Positions 1 through 10,723 are shown, numbered from the stretch's first letter. The stretch: 64,000 nt of DNA from an uncultured beta proteobacterium (GCA_963716855.1 CAVQUV010000020.1:77271-141270), one strand, 5' to 3'. Made by a program: numbers and translations. The notes: generated from the sequence alone by a model not told the origin.

Positions 1-831
1 GGACAGCCGCTCGCGAAGGCCGCGATCGATCTCGCCTGCTACGACCTCTGGGGCAAGGCCAGCGGGCGCAGCGTCGCGGAGCTGCTCGGCGGGGTGCGCG
101 CGCCCGAAGTCCGGCTGAGCTGGACCGTGCAGTCGCCGACGCTCGCGGGCGCGGAGCAGTTGCTGGAGCAGGGGCGCGAGCTCGGCTATGCGAGCTACAA
201 CGTGAAGATCGGGTCTCCGCAGGCGCCGCAGTACGACCGGGACCTGATCCGGCTGGTGCGCGGCTTCGCGCCCGAGGGCTTTCACTGGGCCGACGCGAAC
301 ACGAGCTACGATCTCGAGACCGCTCTCGTGATGGCACCCGAGCTCGCCGACGCCGGCTTCAAGGGGCTGGAGTCGCCCTTTCCGCCCAACCGCATTCGCG
401 ACTACCAGCGGCTCCGACGACAGGGCGCGCTGCCGATCCTCATGGATGAAGGGATCGTCTCGCCGGTGGAGACCGCGGAGTTCATCGTGCTCGGCATGAT
501 GGACGGCATCGCGATGAAGGTGGCGCGCTGCGGCGGGCTCTGGCACGCGTCGCGGATCGTCACCCAGCTCGAGGATGCCGGGCTCGCGCTCTTCGCCTCG
601 GGGCTGACCGATCCCGAGTGGTCGCTCGCGGCCTCGATCCACCTGTTCGCCGCGGCGGGGCTGACGCGGCCTGCGGCGCTCAACGGGCCGCAGTACATTG
701 CCGGCCGCGGCACGCTGGATCCGGAGTTTCGCGCCGTGAGGGACCGCGTCCGGGTGCCGCGCGCGCCGGGGCTCGGGGTCGCGCCGGACCGCCGCGCGGA
801 GCAGGTCTTGCAAGCCGTTGCCGGGAAATAG
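1..831 (+). CDS. Enolase-superfamily enzyme (mandelate racemase/muconate lactonizing enzyme family), C-terminal part; 5' end outside window
   Basis: Frame-1 ORF open from base 1 (GQPLAKAAIDLACYDLWGK..), stop TAG 829-831; MR/MLE barrel-domain-like motifs (NVKIG, WADANTSY, LESPF, LMDEG). Confidence 0.8.
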   Translation, partial: GQPLAKAAIDLACYDLWGKASGRSVAELLGGVRAPEVRLSWTVQSPTLAGAEQLLEQGRELGYASYNVKIGSPQAPQYDRDLIRLVRGFAPEGFHWADANTSYDLETALVMAPELADAGFKGLESPFPPNRIRDYQRLRRQGALPILMDEGIVSPVETAEFIVLGMMDGIAMKVARCGGLWHASRIVTQLEDAGLALFASGLTDPEWSLAASIHLFAAAGLTRPAALNGPQYIAGRGTLDPEFRAVRDRVRVPRAPGLGVAPDRRAEQVLQAVAGK

Positions 832-927
832 GGACGAACCGATGGCCATCACGACGAACGTCGCAACCCGACCCGACCGACCGGGGCGCGGGATCGCCGC
901 GGGCTCACCGCGAAGCTCACGCCCTTC

Positions 928-1674
928 GTGGGCATCCTGGTGTTCCTCGCCATCTGGCAAGCGGCGGTGGCGATCTTCAAGGCGCCCGCGTACCTGCTGC
1001 CCGCGCCCACCGAGATCTTCCGGACGTTCTTCGACGAGCTGCCGAGGCTCCTGCACCACGGCTGGTTCACGACCTACGAGATGCTGCTCGGTTACGGGCT
1101 CGCGGTGATCATCGCCATCCCGCTCGCGATCGCGATCACCTCGTCGCAGCGCTTCGACCGGTTCGTCATGCCGACGATGCTCTTCTTCCAGGTCGTGCCC
1201 AAGGTGGCGATCGCCCCGCTCTTCCTGGTGTGGTTCGGCGTCGGCACGACGCCGAAGGTCCTGATCGCGTTCCTGATCTCCTTCTTTCCCATCGTCATCG
1301 ATGCGGCGGTGGGTCTGCGGTCGATGTCCTCCGAAATGAACGATCTCGCGCGCTCGATGGGCGCGAGCCGGATGCAGGTGTTCGCGCAGTTCCGCCTGCC
1401 GACCAGCCTGCCCTACCTCTTCAGCGGCCTGAAGGTGGCGGCGACGCTCGCCGTCGCCGGCGCGGTGGTCGGCGAGTTCGTCGGGGCGGACCGGGGGCTC
1501 GGGTATCTCCTGATGGTCACCGGCACCAACCTCGAGACCGCGATGGTGTTCGCCACGCTCGTCGCGCTGACGATCATCGGCCTGGTGTTCTTCTACGCGG
1601 TCGAGTTTCTCGAGCAGTTGCTGATCCCCTGGCACGTGTCGCACCGCGTGCGCGAGGATCCGGCCACGATGTGA
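928..1674 (+). CDS. ABC transporter permease (NitT/TauT-type, binding-protein-dependent)
   Basis: 248-aa hydrophobic ORF from GTG 928 with EAA-loop-like segment (ARSMGASRMQVFAQFRLPTSLPYLFSGLKVA); followed by cognate SBP and ATPase. Confidence 0.85.
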   Translation: MGILVFLAIWQAAVAIFKAPAYLLPAPTEIFRTFFDELPRLLHHGWFTTYEMLLGYGLAVIIAIPLAIAITSSQRFDRFVMPTMLFFQVVPKVAIAPLFLVWFGVGTTPKVLIAFLISFFPIVIDAAVGLRSMSSEMNDLARSMGASRMQVFAQFRLPTSLPYLFSGLKVAATLAVAGAVVGEFVGADRGLGYLLMVTGTNLETAMVFATLVALTIIGLVFFYAVEFLEQLLIPWHVSHRVREDPATM

Positions 1675-1724
1675 AGCGTCAAACCGCTGTCAATTTCGAC
1701 CCAGCAAACGAAGGAGGAGGCATC

Positions 1725-2744
1725 ATGAAAGGCACAAGAATCATCCTGTCCCTGGTCGCCGCGGTGATGAGCGCGGCGCTCGTCGCGCCCGCGGCCGCGC
1801 AGACGAAGTTCCCGTTCCGGCTGAACTGGACGCTCTATGGCGAGCACGCGCCGTTCTTCGTCGCGCGCGACAAGGGCTTCTACAAGGAGGAAGGGCTGGA
1901 CGTCGAGATCCAGGAGGGCAGCGGCTCGACCACCGTGTCGCAGCTCGTCGCCAACAGCACCAGCCCGGTCGCCTACGTCGACGCGGCGACGATGATGCGC
2001 GGCGTCGGCGCCGGCATGCCGATCAAGGCGGTCGGCGTGACCCTCCAGCAGAGCCCGATGGCGTTCATCTACCGCGCGGACGCGGCGCGCCCGACCAAGA
2101 TCGCCGACATCAAGGGCAGCCGGATCGCGATCACCGCGGGCGATGCGAGCCTCGCGATCTTCACCGCGTTCATGGGCAAGCTCGGCATGAAGGTCGAGGA
2201 CGTGCAGATGATCGTCGTCGCCAACCCGGCGGCCAAGGAGCAGGCGGTGCTCAACAAGCAGGCCGATGCGCTGCTCGGCTACTTCATGGACCAGGGCCCG
2301 CGCATGCAGCTGCAGACCGGCGTGAAGATGGGTTGGACGCGCCTCTACGACATGGCCGGCGTCACGACGCTCTCCAGCGCGATCATCGCCAACAACGACT
2401 GGCTCAAGGACGCGAAGAACCAGGACACCCTGCGGCGGTTCCTGCGCGCCAGCCAGCGCGGCTGGGATTACAGCAACAAGAACCGCGCCGAGGCCGCCGA
2501 GATCTTCCGGAAGGCGGCGCCCGTGTTCACGCAGGAGATCGCGCTGCTCGAGGTCGACGGCACGATGACCATCATCCACACCGAGCGCACCAAGGGCAAG
2601 GCGATCGGCTGGTCGGCGATGGACGACTGGAAGGACACGCAGACGCTGCTCGAGACGTTCGCCAAGCTCAAGCCGCAGCCCGATCTCAACCTGTACTACA
2701 CGAACAGCTTCCTGTCCGAGGCGCCTTACCTCCCGGCCAAGTAA
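1725..2744 (+). CDS. ABC transporter substrate-binding protein (NMT1/THI5-like, aliphatic sulfonate/nitrate/taurine type)
   Basis: ATG 1725 preceded by AAGGAGGAGG; signal peptide MKGTRIILSLVAAVMSAALVAPAAAQ; family-like sequence LNWTLYGEHAPFFVARDKGFYKEEGLDV. Confidence 0.85.
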   Translation: MKGTRIILSLVAAVMSAALVAPAAAQTKFPFRLNWTLYGEHAPFFVARDKGFYKEEGLDVEIQEGSGSTTVSQLVANSTSPVAYVDAATMMRGVGAGMPIKAVGVTLQQSPMAFIYRADAARPTKIADIKGSRIAITAGDASLAIFTAFMGKLGMKVEDVQMIVVANPAAKEQAVLNKQADALLGYFMDQGPRMQLQTGVKMGWTRLYDMAGVTTLSSAIIANNDWLKDAKNQDTLRRFLRASQRGWDYSNKNRAEAAEIFRKAAPVFTQEIALLEVDGTMTIIHTERTKGKAIGWSAMDDWKDTQTLLETFAKLKPQPDLNLYYTNSFLSEAPYLPAK

Positions 2745-2827
2745 CCCTTTGGCGCGGCGTTCCCGCAGCCTTCCGGCCGCGGGAACGCCGGCCGCCTCGC
2801 GTCCAGAAAGCCGCCCCGAACGCAACG

Positions 2828-3604
2828 ATGGACCAACCGCACATTCGACTGCAGAACGTCGCGAAGACCTACGACACCAAGGGCGGCGTCGTGGAAGCGT
2901 GCGTCGACATCAATCTCGAGATCCGCAAGTCCGAGTTCGTCGCCGTCGTCGGGCCGAGCGGATGCGGCAAGACGACGATTCTCAAGATGGTCGCCGGCCT
3001 CATCCCCTACAGCGCCGGGAGCATCACCGTCGGCGGCAACCGGGTCGATCGCCCGCAGACGGACGTGGGCATCGTGTTCCAGGACTCGATCATGCTCGAC
3101 TGGCGCAACGTGCTGGCGAACGTGATGCTCCAGGTCGACATCCGGCGCATGGACCGGGCGCAGTACGAGCCGGTCGCGATGGGTCTCCTCAAGGCGACCG
3201 GGCTCGAAGGGTTCGAGCACAAGAAGCCCTACGAGCTCTCGGGCGGGATGCGACAGCGGGTGTCGATCTGCCGCGCGCTGGTGCACGACCCGCCGCTCCT
3301 GCTCCTCGACGAGCCGTTCGGCGCGCTGGACGCGCTCACCCGCGAGCAGATCTCGATGGACATCCAGCGCGTGTGGATGGACAAGCGCAAGACCGCGCTG
3401 CACATCACCCACAGCATCCCGGAGGCGGTATTGCTCGCCGATCGCGTCGTGGTGATGAGCCCGCGGCCCGGCCGCATCGTGGAAATCATCGATATCGACC
3501 TGCCGCGCCCGCGGCGGCTGGACAAGCTGCCCCAGAAGTTCAACGACTACGCCGGACACATCCGCGACATCTTCAAGTCGAAGGGTGTCCTGGCGATGGA
3601 CTGA
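2828..3604 (+). CDS. ABC transporter ATP-binding protein
   Basis: Walker A GPSGCGKTT, signature LSGGMRQR, Walker B LLLLDEPF; ATG 2828 inside longer unspecific ORF. Confidence 0.9.
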   Translation: MDQPHIRLQNVAKTYDTKGGVVEACVDINLEIRKSEFVAVVGPSGCGKTTILKMVAGLIPYSAGSITVGGNRVDRPQTDVGIVFQDSIMLDWRNVLANVMLQVDIRRMDRAQYEPVAMGLLKATGLEGFEHKKPYELSGGMRQRVSICRALVHDPPLLLLDEPFGALDALTREQISMDIQRVWMDKRKTALHITHSIPEAVLLADRVVVMSPRPGRIVEIIDIDLPRPRRLDKLPQKFNDYAGHIRDIFKSKGVLAMD

Positions 3605-3608
3605 CCCC

Positions 3609-5037
3609 GTGGCGAGCGCCCCCGGCCTTCGCATCGTCGCGGTGGAGTTCCGCGAGCGGCCGGTGCGGCTGCGCATGCCGTTCCGCTTCGGCGTCGTGAC
3701 GCTCACCGAGGCACCGCAGGCGTTCGTGCGGGTGCGGGTCCGGCTCGACGACGGGCGGGAAGGCTGGGGCGCGGGCGCCGAGATCCTTGCGCCGAAGTGG
3801 TTCGACAAGAACCTCGCGCTCTCCAACGAGGACAACTTCGACCAGCTCCGCCTGGCGCTCGCGCTCGCCCGGGACGCTTATCTTGACGGGGGGGCGCGCA
3901 CCGCCTTCGGCCACTTCGCCGCGCACTATCGCGAGGTGATCGAGGCCGGCGCCCGGCGGGACCTCAATCCGCTCGTCGCCTGCTTCGGGCCGGCGCAGCT
4001 CGACCGCGCGATCCTGGACGCGCTGTGCCGGCTGCACCGGATGTCGTTCTACGAGGCGGTGCAGGGCAACTTCGCCGGCATCGAGCCGGCCGCGGTCGCG
4101 CCCGACCTTGCCGGCTTCGACATCGGTGCCTTCCTCGCGCGGTTGCAGCCCGCGGACACGATCGACGCGCGGCACACGGTCGGCCTGGTGGACGCGATTG
4201 CCGGGCATCCCGGCCAGGTGAAGGACGGCCTCCCCGAGTCGCTGGAGGAAGTGGTCGCCACCTACGGTCACCGCTGGTACAAACTCAAGGTGGGCGGGAA
4301 CGTCGACGAAGACGTGCGCCGGCTCGCGGACATCGCCGCGGTACTGGACGCATCGGGTCGCGACTACCGCGCCTCCCTCGACGGCAACGAGCAGTACGAC
4401 GACCTCGAGGCGTTGCGGGCCCTGCTCGCGCGGATGAGCGCGACACCGAAGCTCGCGCGGCTCCTCGGCGCGATCGCGTTCATCGAGCAGCCGATCAACC
4501 GCAAGCATGCGCTCGACCGGGACGTCTCGGCGGTGTCGCGCACGACGCCGGTGATCGTGGACGAGTCGGACGCGGACCTCGATGCCTTCCCGCGTGCGAA
4601 GGCGCTCGGGTACTCGGGCGTCTCGTCGAAGATGTGCAAGGGGCTCTACAAGTCGATCCTGAACGCGGCGCGCTGCGCCCTCTGGAGCGCGCCTGCGCAC
4701 CTCTATCTTCATGACGGCAGAGGATCTGACGACCCAGGCCGGTCTTGCCGTGCAGCAGGACCTCGCGCTCGTGAACCTGCTCGGGATGACGCACGTCGAG
4801 CGCAACGGCCATCATTATGTGAACGGCATGGCGGATCTGCCCGCGGGCGAGCAGGACGCATTCCTCGCCGCGCACCCGGATCTCTACGTGCGCAGCCACG
4901 GTGCCGTCCGGCTGCGCATCCGCGATGGCCGGCTCGCAGTCGGGTCGCTCGGCTGCGTGGGATTCGCGAGCGGGGCGGAGCCGGATTGGCGTGAGACGAC
5001 GCCAATGCCAGAGCGCGCATCGATGGAGGTGAAGTGA
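3609..5037 (+). pseudogene. Second enolase-superfamily (MR/MLE-like) enzyme, reading frame broken by one extra base near 4700-4710
   Basis: Frame-0 ORF from GTG 3609 (alt GTG 3585) with YKLKVGG, SLDGNEQY, FIEQP, IVDESD. The conserved-looking C-terminus FMTAEDLTTQAGLAVQQDLALVNLLGMTHVERNGHHYV continues in frame +1 (open from 4663) and stops at 5037, 1 nt before the next start. The frame-0 continuation to 4994 is Arg-rich nonsense. Confidence 0.75.
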
Positions 5038-5038
5038 A

Positions 5039-5494
5039 ATGAAGACGTTCCGGGTGATGGGCACCAATCACACGAGCTTCACCGTGTCGAGCCTCGACCG
5101 CACGATCGCGTTCTTCCGCGACTGCCTCGGGTTCGACCTGGTGTCGCGCGCGCCGCGCAGCCCCGACCTCGTGTCGCGCATCACCGGCGTGCCCGGCGCG
5201 GAGGTGACGATCGCGTTCCTGAGGGGAGCGGGGCACACGATCGAGCTGATCGAGTACGGCGCGCCGGCCGACCGCGGCAAGGTGATCTCGCGGCCGTGCG
5301 ACACCGGCTTCGCCCATCTGGCATTGAACGTCGACAACGTGGACGCGGCGGTGGAGGCGGCGGCGAAGTTCGGCGTGAAACCGCTCTCGCCTCCGGTCCC
5401 GATCGACCAGGGCCCGAACCGCGGACGCAAGGTCGTATACGTGCGCGACGCGGACGGCGTGACGATCGAATTCATCGAGGCGCCGGTCGGGTGA
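5039..5494 (+). CDS. VOC family protein (glyoxalase/bleomycin-resistance/dioxygenase fold)
   Basis: 151-aa ORF; paired beta-alpha-beta-beta-beta-module-like sequence ([23 protein letters not shown] .. [16 protein letters not shown] .. [15 protein letters not shown]). Confidence 0.8.
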   Translation: MKTFRVMGTNHTSFTVSSLDRTIAFFRDCLGFDLVSRAPRSPDLVSRITGVPGAEVTIAFLRGAGHTIELIEYGAPADRGKVISRPCDTGFAHLALNVDNVDAAVEAAAKFGVKPLSPPVPIDQGPNRGRKVVYVRDADGVTIEFIEAPVG

Positions 5495-5525
5495 CGGCGT
5501 CTCGCATTTCTTCACGAGGTCGGAG

Positions 5526-6677
5526 ATGAGCGAAAAGCGACTTGGCATCATCATGCACGGCGTCACCGGACGCATGGGCGCAAACCAGCACCTCGCCCGC
5601 TCGATCGCGGTGATTCGCGAGCAGGGCGGCGTGCGGCTGGCCGACGGGACGCGGATCATGCCCGACCCGATCCTCGTGGGCCGGCGGCCGGACGCGCTGC
5701 GCGCACTCGCGCAGGCGCACCGACTCGAGCGCACGACCACCGATCTCGACGCGGTGCTCGCGGACAAGAGCTACACGGTGTTCTTCGATGCCGCGTCGAC
5801 GCAGCTCCGGCCGACGATCCTGAAGAAGGCGATCGCCGCGGGCAAGCACGTCTACTGCGAGAAGCCGACCGCGAGCGGCCTCGCGGAAGCGATGGACCTC
5901 TACCGCGCGGCGAAAGCGGCCGGCGTCAAGCACGGCGTGGTGCAGGACAAGCTGTGGCTGCCGGGCCTGCTCAAGCTGAAGATGCTCATCGACTCGGGTT
6001 TTTTCGGCCGCATCCTCTCGGTGCGCGGCGAGTTCGGGTACTGGGTGTTCGAGGGCGACTGGCAGCCGGCGCAGCGGCCGTCGTGGAACTACCGCAAGGA
6101 GGACGGCGGCGGCATCATCCTCGACATGCTGTGCCATTTTCGGTACGTGCTCGACAACTTGTTCGGCGCGGTGAAGAGCGTGAGCTGCCTCGGCGCGACG
6201 CACATCCCCGAGCGCTGGGACGAAGCCGGGAAGAAGTACGCGGCCACCGCCGACGACGCCGCCTACACGACCGTCCAGCTCGAGGGCGGCGTGATCGCCC
6301 AGATCAATGCCGCCTGGAGCGTCCGGGTCCGCCGCGACGACCTGCTGACGCTCCAGGTGGACGGCACGCACGGCTCGGCGGTCGCGGGGCTCCAGAAGTG
6401 CTACACCCAGCCGCGCGTCGCGACGCCGAAGCCGGTCTGGAATCCGGACGTGCCGCAGCCGATCGATTTCTTCGATACCTGGCAGGAGGTGCCGAACAAC
6501 GCCGCCTACGAGAACGCGTTCAAGGCCCAGTGGGAGCTCTTCATCCGTCACGTCTGCGAGGATGCGCCGTTTCGCTGGAGCCTCCTCGAGGGCGCGAAGG
6601 GCGTGCAGCTCGGCGACTGCGCGCTCGCGAGCTGGGCCGAGCGGCGCTGGATCGATCTGCCGAAGCTGGAGGCCTGA
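5526..6677 (+). CDS. Gfo/Idh/MocA family NAD(P)-dependent oxidoreductase
   Basis: 383 aa; N-terminal Rossmann segment [13 protein letters not shown] and EKP motif (HVYCEKPTA) typical of the family. Confidence 0.85.
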   Translation: MSEKRLGIIMHGVTGRMGANQHLARSIAVIREQGGVRLADGTRIMPDPILVGRRPDALRALAQAHRLERTTTDLDAVLADKSYTVFFDAASTQLRPTILKKAIAAGKHVYCEKPTASGLAEAMDLYRAAKAAGVKHGVVQDKLWLPGLLKLKMLIDSGFFGRILSVRGEFGYWVFEGDWQPAQRPSWNYRKEDGGGIILDMLCHFRYVLDNLFGAVKSVSCLGATHIPERWDEAGKKYAATADDAAYTTVQLEGGVIAQINAAWSVRVRRDDLLTLQVDGTHGSAVAGLQKCYTQPRVATPKPVWNPDVPQPIDFFDTWQEVPNNAAYENAFKAQWELFIRHVCEDAPFRWSLLEGAKGVQLGDCALASWAERRWIDLPKLEA

Positions 6678-6678
6678 A

Positions 6679-7860
6679 ATGAACGCACCGATCTCCCTCC
6701 GCATCAGTCTTCCCACCGCCGATCGGCGGATGGAGCCGTTCACGCTGTCCGTGCCGCGCGACTTCCCCACGAAACGGACGCACGCTTTCAACCGGGTCGC
6801 ATATGCCGCGGCGCACGTCGTCGCCGATCCGCTGTCCGGAAAGGACCCATGGCTCGAGGCGGCGGTCGACTGGGACGCGACGCTCCGGTTCCGCCGGCAC
6901 CTCTGGGCGCTCGGGTTCGGCGTCGCCGAGGCGATGGACACCGCGCAGCGCGGCATGGGGCTCGACTGGCCCACGTCGCTCGAGCTGATCCGACGCTCGA
7001 TCGACGCGGCACGCGACTTCCCCGGCGCGTTCCTCGCGAGCGGCGCCGGCACGGACCATCTCGCGCCCGGCCCGGGCGTCAAGGTTTCCGACGTGATCGC
7101 CGCCTACGAGCAGCAGTTCGACGCGGTCGAGAAGGCGGGCGGCCGGATCATTATGATGGCGAGCCGCGCGCTCGCCGCATGCACCAACTCGCCCGACGAG
7201 TACTACCACGTCTACACGAAGCTCCTCCATCAGGCGAAGGAGCCGGTCATCATCCACTGGCTGGGCGAGATGTTCGACCCGGCGCTGGCCGGTTACTGGG
7301 GCTACGCGGATCACTACAAGGCGATGGAGGTCGCGCTCATGGTGATTCAGGCGAACGCCGCCAAGATCGACGGCATCAAGGTCTCGCTGCTCGACAAGCA
7401 GAAGGAGGTCGACCTGCGTCGGCGGCTGCCGAAGAACGTGCGCATGTACACCGGCGACGATTACAACTTCGCCGAGCTGATCGAGGGCGACGCGCAGGGA
7501 CACTCGGACGCGCTGCTCGGGATCTTCGACTCGATCGCGCCCGCCGCCTCGGCGGCGTTGTCGGCGCTCGCGCAAGGCGACCGCAAGACCTTCCACGAGG
7601 TGCTCGCGCCGACCGTGCCGCTGTCGCGCCACGTCTTCGGCGCGCCCACGCGCTTCTACAAGACCGGCGTGGTGTTCCTCGCGTGGCTCAACGGTCACCA
7701 GGACCACTTCGTGATGGTCGGCGGGCAGCAGAGCGCGCGGCACATCGCGCACCTCGCGGAGGTGTTCCGGCTCGCGGACCGGGCCGCGCTGCTGCGCGAT
7801 CCCGAGCTCGCCTGCGCGCGCATGCGGCAACTGCTCGCGGTGCACGGCCTCCAGGGATGA
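6679..7860 (+). CDS. DUF993-like protein (TIM-barrel, dihydrodipicolinate-synthase-like fold), function unknown
   Basis: ATG 6679 lies 1 nt after upstream stop; 393 aa; family assignment is from memory of DUF993 proteins that neighbour Gfo/Idh/MocA and sugar-phosphate isomerase genes. Confidence 0.6.
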   Translation: MNAPISLRISLPTADRRMEPFTLSVPRDFPTKRTHAFNRVAYAAAHVVADPLSGKDPWLEAAVDWDATLRFRRHLWALGFGVAEAMDTAQRGMGLDWPTSLELIRRSIDAARDFPGAFLASGAGTDHLAPGPGVKVSDVIAAYEQQFDAVEKAGGRIIMMASRALAACTNSPDEYYHVYTKLLHQAKEPVIIHWLGEMFDPALAGYWGYADHYKAMEVALMVIQANAAKIDGIKVSLLDKQKEVDLRRRLPKNVRMYTGDDYNFAELIEGDAQGHSDALLGIFDSIAPAASAALSALAQGDRKTFHEVLAPTVPLSRHVFGAPTRFYKTGVVFLAWLNGHQDHFVMVGGQQSARHIAHLAEVFRLADRAALLRDPELACARMRQLLAVHGLQG

Positions 7861-9503
7861 CCGGCACGGTCGTCTCGTTCGAGCACGCCGCGCGCCTCGT
7901 TCCCGACGGCGCGGTGGTGAGCGTGAGCTCGTCCTCCGGGCTCAACACGCCCGACCGGATGCTCGCCGCGCTCGGGAACCGCTTCGAGCGCGAAGGTACG
8001 CCGCGCGGCATCACGATGCTGCTGCCGATCGCGGCGGGCGACATGTGGGGCACCAAGGGCATCGACCACGTCGCGCGCAAGGGCCTGCTTGCGAAAGTGC
8101 TCGCCGGCTCGTACCCGAGCGGCCCGTCGTCGGCGGAGCCGCCGGCGATCTGGAGGATGATCGCGGCGAACGAGGTCGCGGCGTACAACGTGCCGAGCGG
8201 CATCCTGTTCGACATGCACCGCGAGTCGGCGGCGCGCCGCGCCGGCGTGATGACTCGCATCGGCCTGGACACGTTCGTCGACCCGCGCCTCGGCGGCTGC
8301 CGGATGAACGACGCCGCGCGCGCGGACATCGTCGAGCTCGTCGAATTCAAGGGCGGCGAGTGGCTGTACTTCCCGAACATTCCGCCCGACGTCGCGATCA
8401 TCCGCGGCACCACCGCCGACGAGGACGGCAACCTCTCCATGGAGCACGAAGGCGCGTTCCTCGGCCCGCTCGACATCGCGCTCGCCGCGCGCAACAACGG
8501 CGGCGTCGTGATCGCCCAGGTGAAGCGCACGACTGCGCGCGGGAGCATCCCGACCCAGCGCGTGCACGTGCCGTCGACGCTGGTCGACTACGTTGTCGTC
8601 GACCCGGACCAGATGCAGGCGACGCAGACCCGGCACGACCCGGCGATCAGCGGCGAGGTGCGCCGCCCGCTTTCGTCCTTTCCACCGGTGCCGTTCGGCG
8701 CCGACAAGGTAATCGCGCGGCGTGCGGCGCTCGAGCTCGCGCAGGGGGATGCGGTCAACCTCGGCTTCGGCATCTCGCCGCTCGTGCCGCGCATCCTGAT
8801 CGAGGAGGGTCGGCAGGACGACGTGACCTGGGCGATCGAGCAGGGGCCGGTGGGCGGCGTGCCGCTCGACGGCTTTCCGTTCGGTTGCGCGGCGAACGCC
8901 CAGGCGTTCCTGCCGTCGCCCTATCAGTTCATCTACTTCCAGGGGGCCGGCTTCGACGTCGGAATGCTCTCGTTCCTGGAGGTCGGCGCCGACGGGAGCG
9001 TGAACGTCTCGCGCCTCGCGTCGCGGCCGCACGTCACTGCGGGCTGCGGCGGCTTCGTCGACATCACCGCGCACGCGCGCAAGCTCGTGTTCTCGGGCTA
9101 CTTTCGCGCCGCCGGCCTCGAGCTCGACGTCGCGCGCGGCAAGCTGAAGATCCGCAGGGACGGCAAGTTCGCGAAGTTCGTGCCGCAGGTGGATCACGTG
9201 ACCTTCTCCGGTCGCCGTGCGCGTGCGCAGAAACAGGACGTCACCTATGTCACCGAACGGTGCGTGATCCGGCTGCTCGACGCCGGACTGACGGTCACCG
9301 AGATCGCGCCCGGCGTGGACCTCGAGCGCGAGGTGCTCGGGCAAGCGGGCTTTGCGCTGAAGGTCGCGCCCGATCTGAAAACGATGGACGAGCGCCTGTT
9401 CCGCGAGGACGCGATCGGCCTCCAGCTGCAGCCGCGCCGGCGTCCCGACCACCCCGCCCTCGCGTCGCTCGGGCACCCCTCCTCGGGGAGGAGGGGAGCG
9501 TGA
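7857..9503 (+). CDS. Acyl-CoA:acetate/3-ketoacid CoA-transferase (fused alpha/beta, YdiF-like family I)
   Basis: ATG 7857 overlaps upstream stop (ATGA); 548 aa resembling fused family-I CoA-transferases; last ~18 codons ([18 protein letters not shown]) are read through a REP-like element. Confidence 0.75.
   Translation: MTGTVVSFEHAARLVPDGAVVSVSSSSGLNTPDRMLAALGNRFEREGTPRGITMLLPIAAGDMWGTKGIDHVARKGLLAKVLAGSYPSGPSSAEPPAIWRMIAANEVAAYNVPSGILFDMHRESAARRAGVMTRIGLDTFVDPRLGGCRMNDAARADIVELVEFKGGEWLYFPNIPPDVAIIRGTTADEDGNLSMEHEGAFLGPLDIALAARNNGGVVIAQVKRTTARGSIPTQRVHVPSTLVDYVVVDPDQMQATQTRHDPAISGEVRRPLSSFPPVPFGADKVIARRAALELAQGDAVNLGFGISPLVPRILIEEGRQDDVTWAIEQGPVGGVPLDGFPFGCAANAQAFLPSPYQFIYFQGAGFDVGMLSFLEVGADGSVNVSRLASRPHVTAGCGGFVDITAHARKLVFSGYFRAAGLELDVARGKLKIRRDGKFAKFVPQVDHVTFSGRRARAQKQDVTYVTERCVIRLLDAGLTVTEIAPGVDLEREVLGQAGFALKVAPDLKTMDERLFREDAIGLQLQPRRRPDHPALASLGHPSSGRRGA
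9447..9498 (+). repeat. REP-like element, copy A (GACCACCCC..module + palindrome CCCCTCCTC-GGG-GAGGAGGGG)
   Basis: Nearly identical to 18347-18398. 9-bp perfect inverted repeat 9476-9484 / 9488-9496. Lies inside the 3' end of the CoA-transferase ORF, immediately 5' of GTG 9500. Confidence 0.85.
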
Positions 9504-9949
9504 ACCCCGGTCTCAACTGGTACGAAGACTGCGCGGTCGGTGACGCGTTCACCACCGGCGGCATCGTCGTGACCGAGAGCCTGATCCAGGCCTTCGCCGG
9601 CCTGTCGGGGGACTTCTTCGATCTGCACATGGACGACCGGTTCGCGCGCGATCTCGGCTTCAAGGGGCGCGTCGCGCACGGCATCCTCGGGCTCGCGCTC
9701 ACCGACGGGCTGAAGAATCGCGCCGAGCACCGCTTCCGCGCGATAGCGTCGCTCGGCTGGAACTGGAAGTTCTCCGGGCCGATCCTCGTCGGCGATCGCA
9801 TCCACGCCGAGGTCGCGGTCGTGGCCAAGCGTGAAACGAAGCGCCCCGACCGCGGCATCGTCACGCTCGCGATCAAGGTGAAGAACCAGGACGGGCAGGT
9901 GGTCCAGGAAGGCGCGAACGAGCTGATGATATCGAGGCGACCCACATGA
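9500..9949 (+). CDS. MaoC-like (R)-specific enoyl-CoA hydratase/dehydratase (hot-dog fold)
   Basis: GTG 9500 overlaps upstream stop (GTGA), SD AGGAGG 5 nt upstream; 149 aa with hydratase-2-like segment FFDLHMDDRFARDLGFKGRVAHG. Confidence 0.8.
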   Translation: MNPGLNWYEDCAVGDAFTTGGIVVTESLIQAFAGLSGDFFDLHMDDRFARDLGFKGRVAHGILGLALTDGLKNRAEHRFRAIASLGWNWKFSGPILVGDRIHAEVAVVAKRETKRPDRGIVTLAIKVKNQDGQVVQEGANELMISRRPT

Positions 9950-10723
9950 GCGAGCAGTGTCCTGATCGCGGCCGACGGCCCGATCGTCACCGTTACGCTG
10001 AATCGGGCGGAGAAGCTGAACGCGTTCACGATGGCGATGCTCGAGGCGCTGGAGGCGGCCTGCGCGCGGGTCGAGCGCGACGACTCCGTTCGCGCCGTGA
10101 TCGTCGCGTCCGCCTCGCCGAAGGCCTTCTGCGCCGGCGCCGACATCATCGATTGGGGCCCGCTCGGGCCGCAGGGCATGTGGGCGCACTGGATTCGCGA
10201 CGGGCAAAGGGTGTTCAATCGCCTCGCGCGTTTGCGTCAGCCGACGATCGCGGCGGTGGGCGGCATCGCATTCGGCGGCGGTCTCGAACTCGCCCTCGCC
10301 TGCGATATCCGGATCGCCGCGGAGAGCGCCCGCTTCGGACTGCCCGAAGTCACGATCGGCGCGGTGCCCGGCTGGGCCGGTTCGCAGCGCCTGCCGCGCC
10401 TCATCGGCGTCGGGCGCGCCAAGCACATGATGCTGACCGGGGAGCCGATCGGCGCGGCGACGGCCGGTGCCTGGGGTCTGGCAAGCGAAGTCGTTCCCGC
10501 CGATCGGTTGATGCCCCGCGTGCTTGAGTTGGCGCGGCGCATCGCCCAGAATGCGCCGACCGCGGTGCAGGCGGCGAAACAACTCGCCGATGCCGCGGCC
10601 GGGGAGGGGATCACGACGACGCTGGAATCGCTCGCCGCCGGGTTTGCTGCCGGCACCGACGATGCGCGCGAAGGAGTCGCGGCATTCCGCGCGAAGCGGA
10701 AGCCGAAGTTCACCGGGAAGTAG
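9946..10723 (+). pseudogene. Enoyl-CoA hydratase/isomerase (crotonase family), frame broken within first ~5 codons
   Basis: ATG 9946 overlaps the maoC stop (ATGA) and reads MSEQ. The crotonase N-terminus VLIAADGPIVTVTLNRAEKLNAFTMAMLEAL is in frame +1 from ~9959, where no start codon exists. Motifs FCAGADI and GGGLELALACD are present. The uninterrupted ORF is 10031-10723. Confidence 0.8.
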
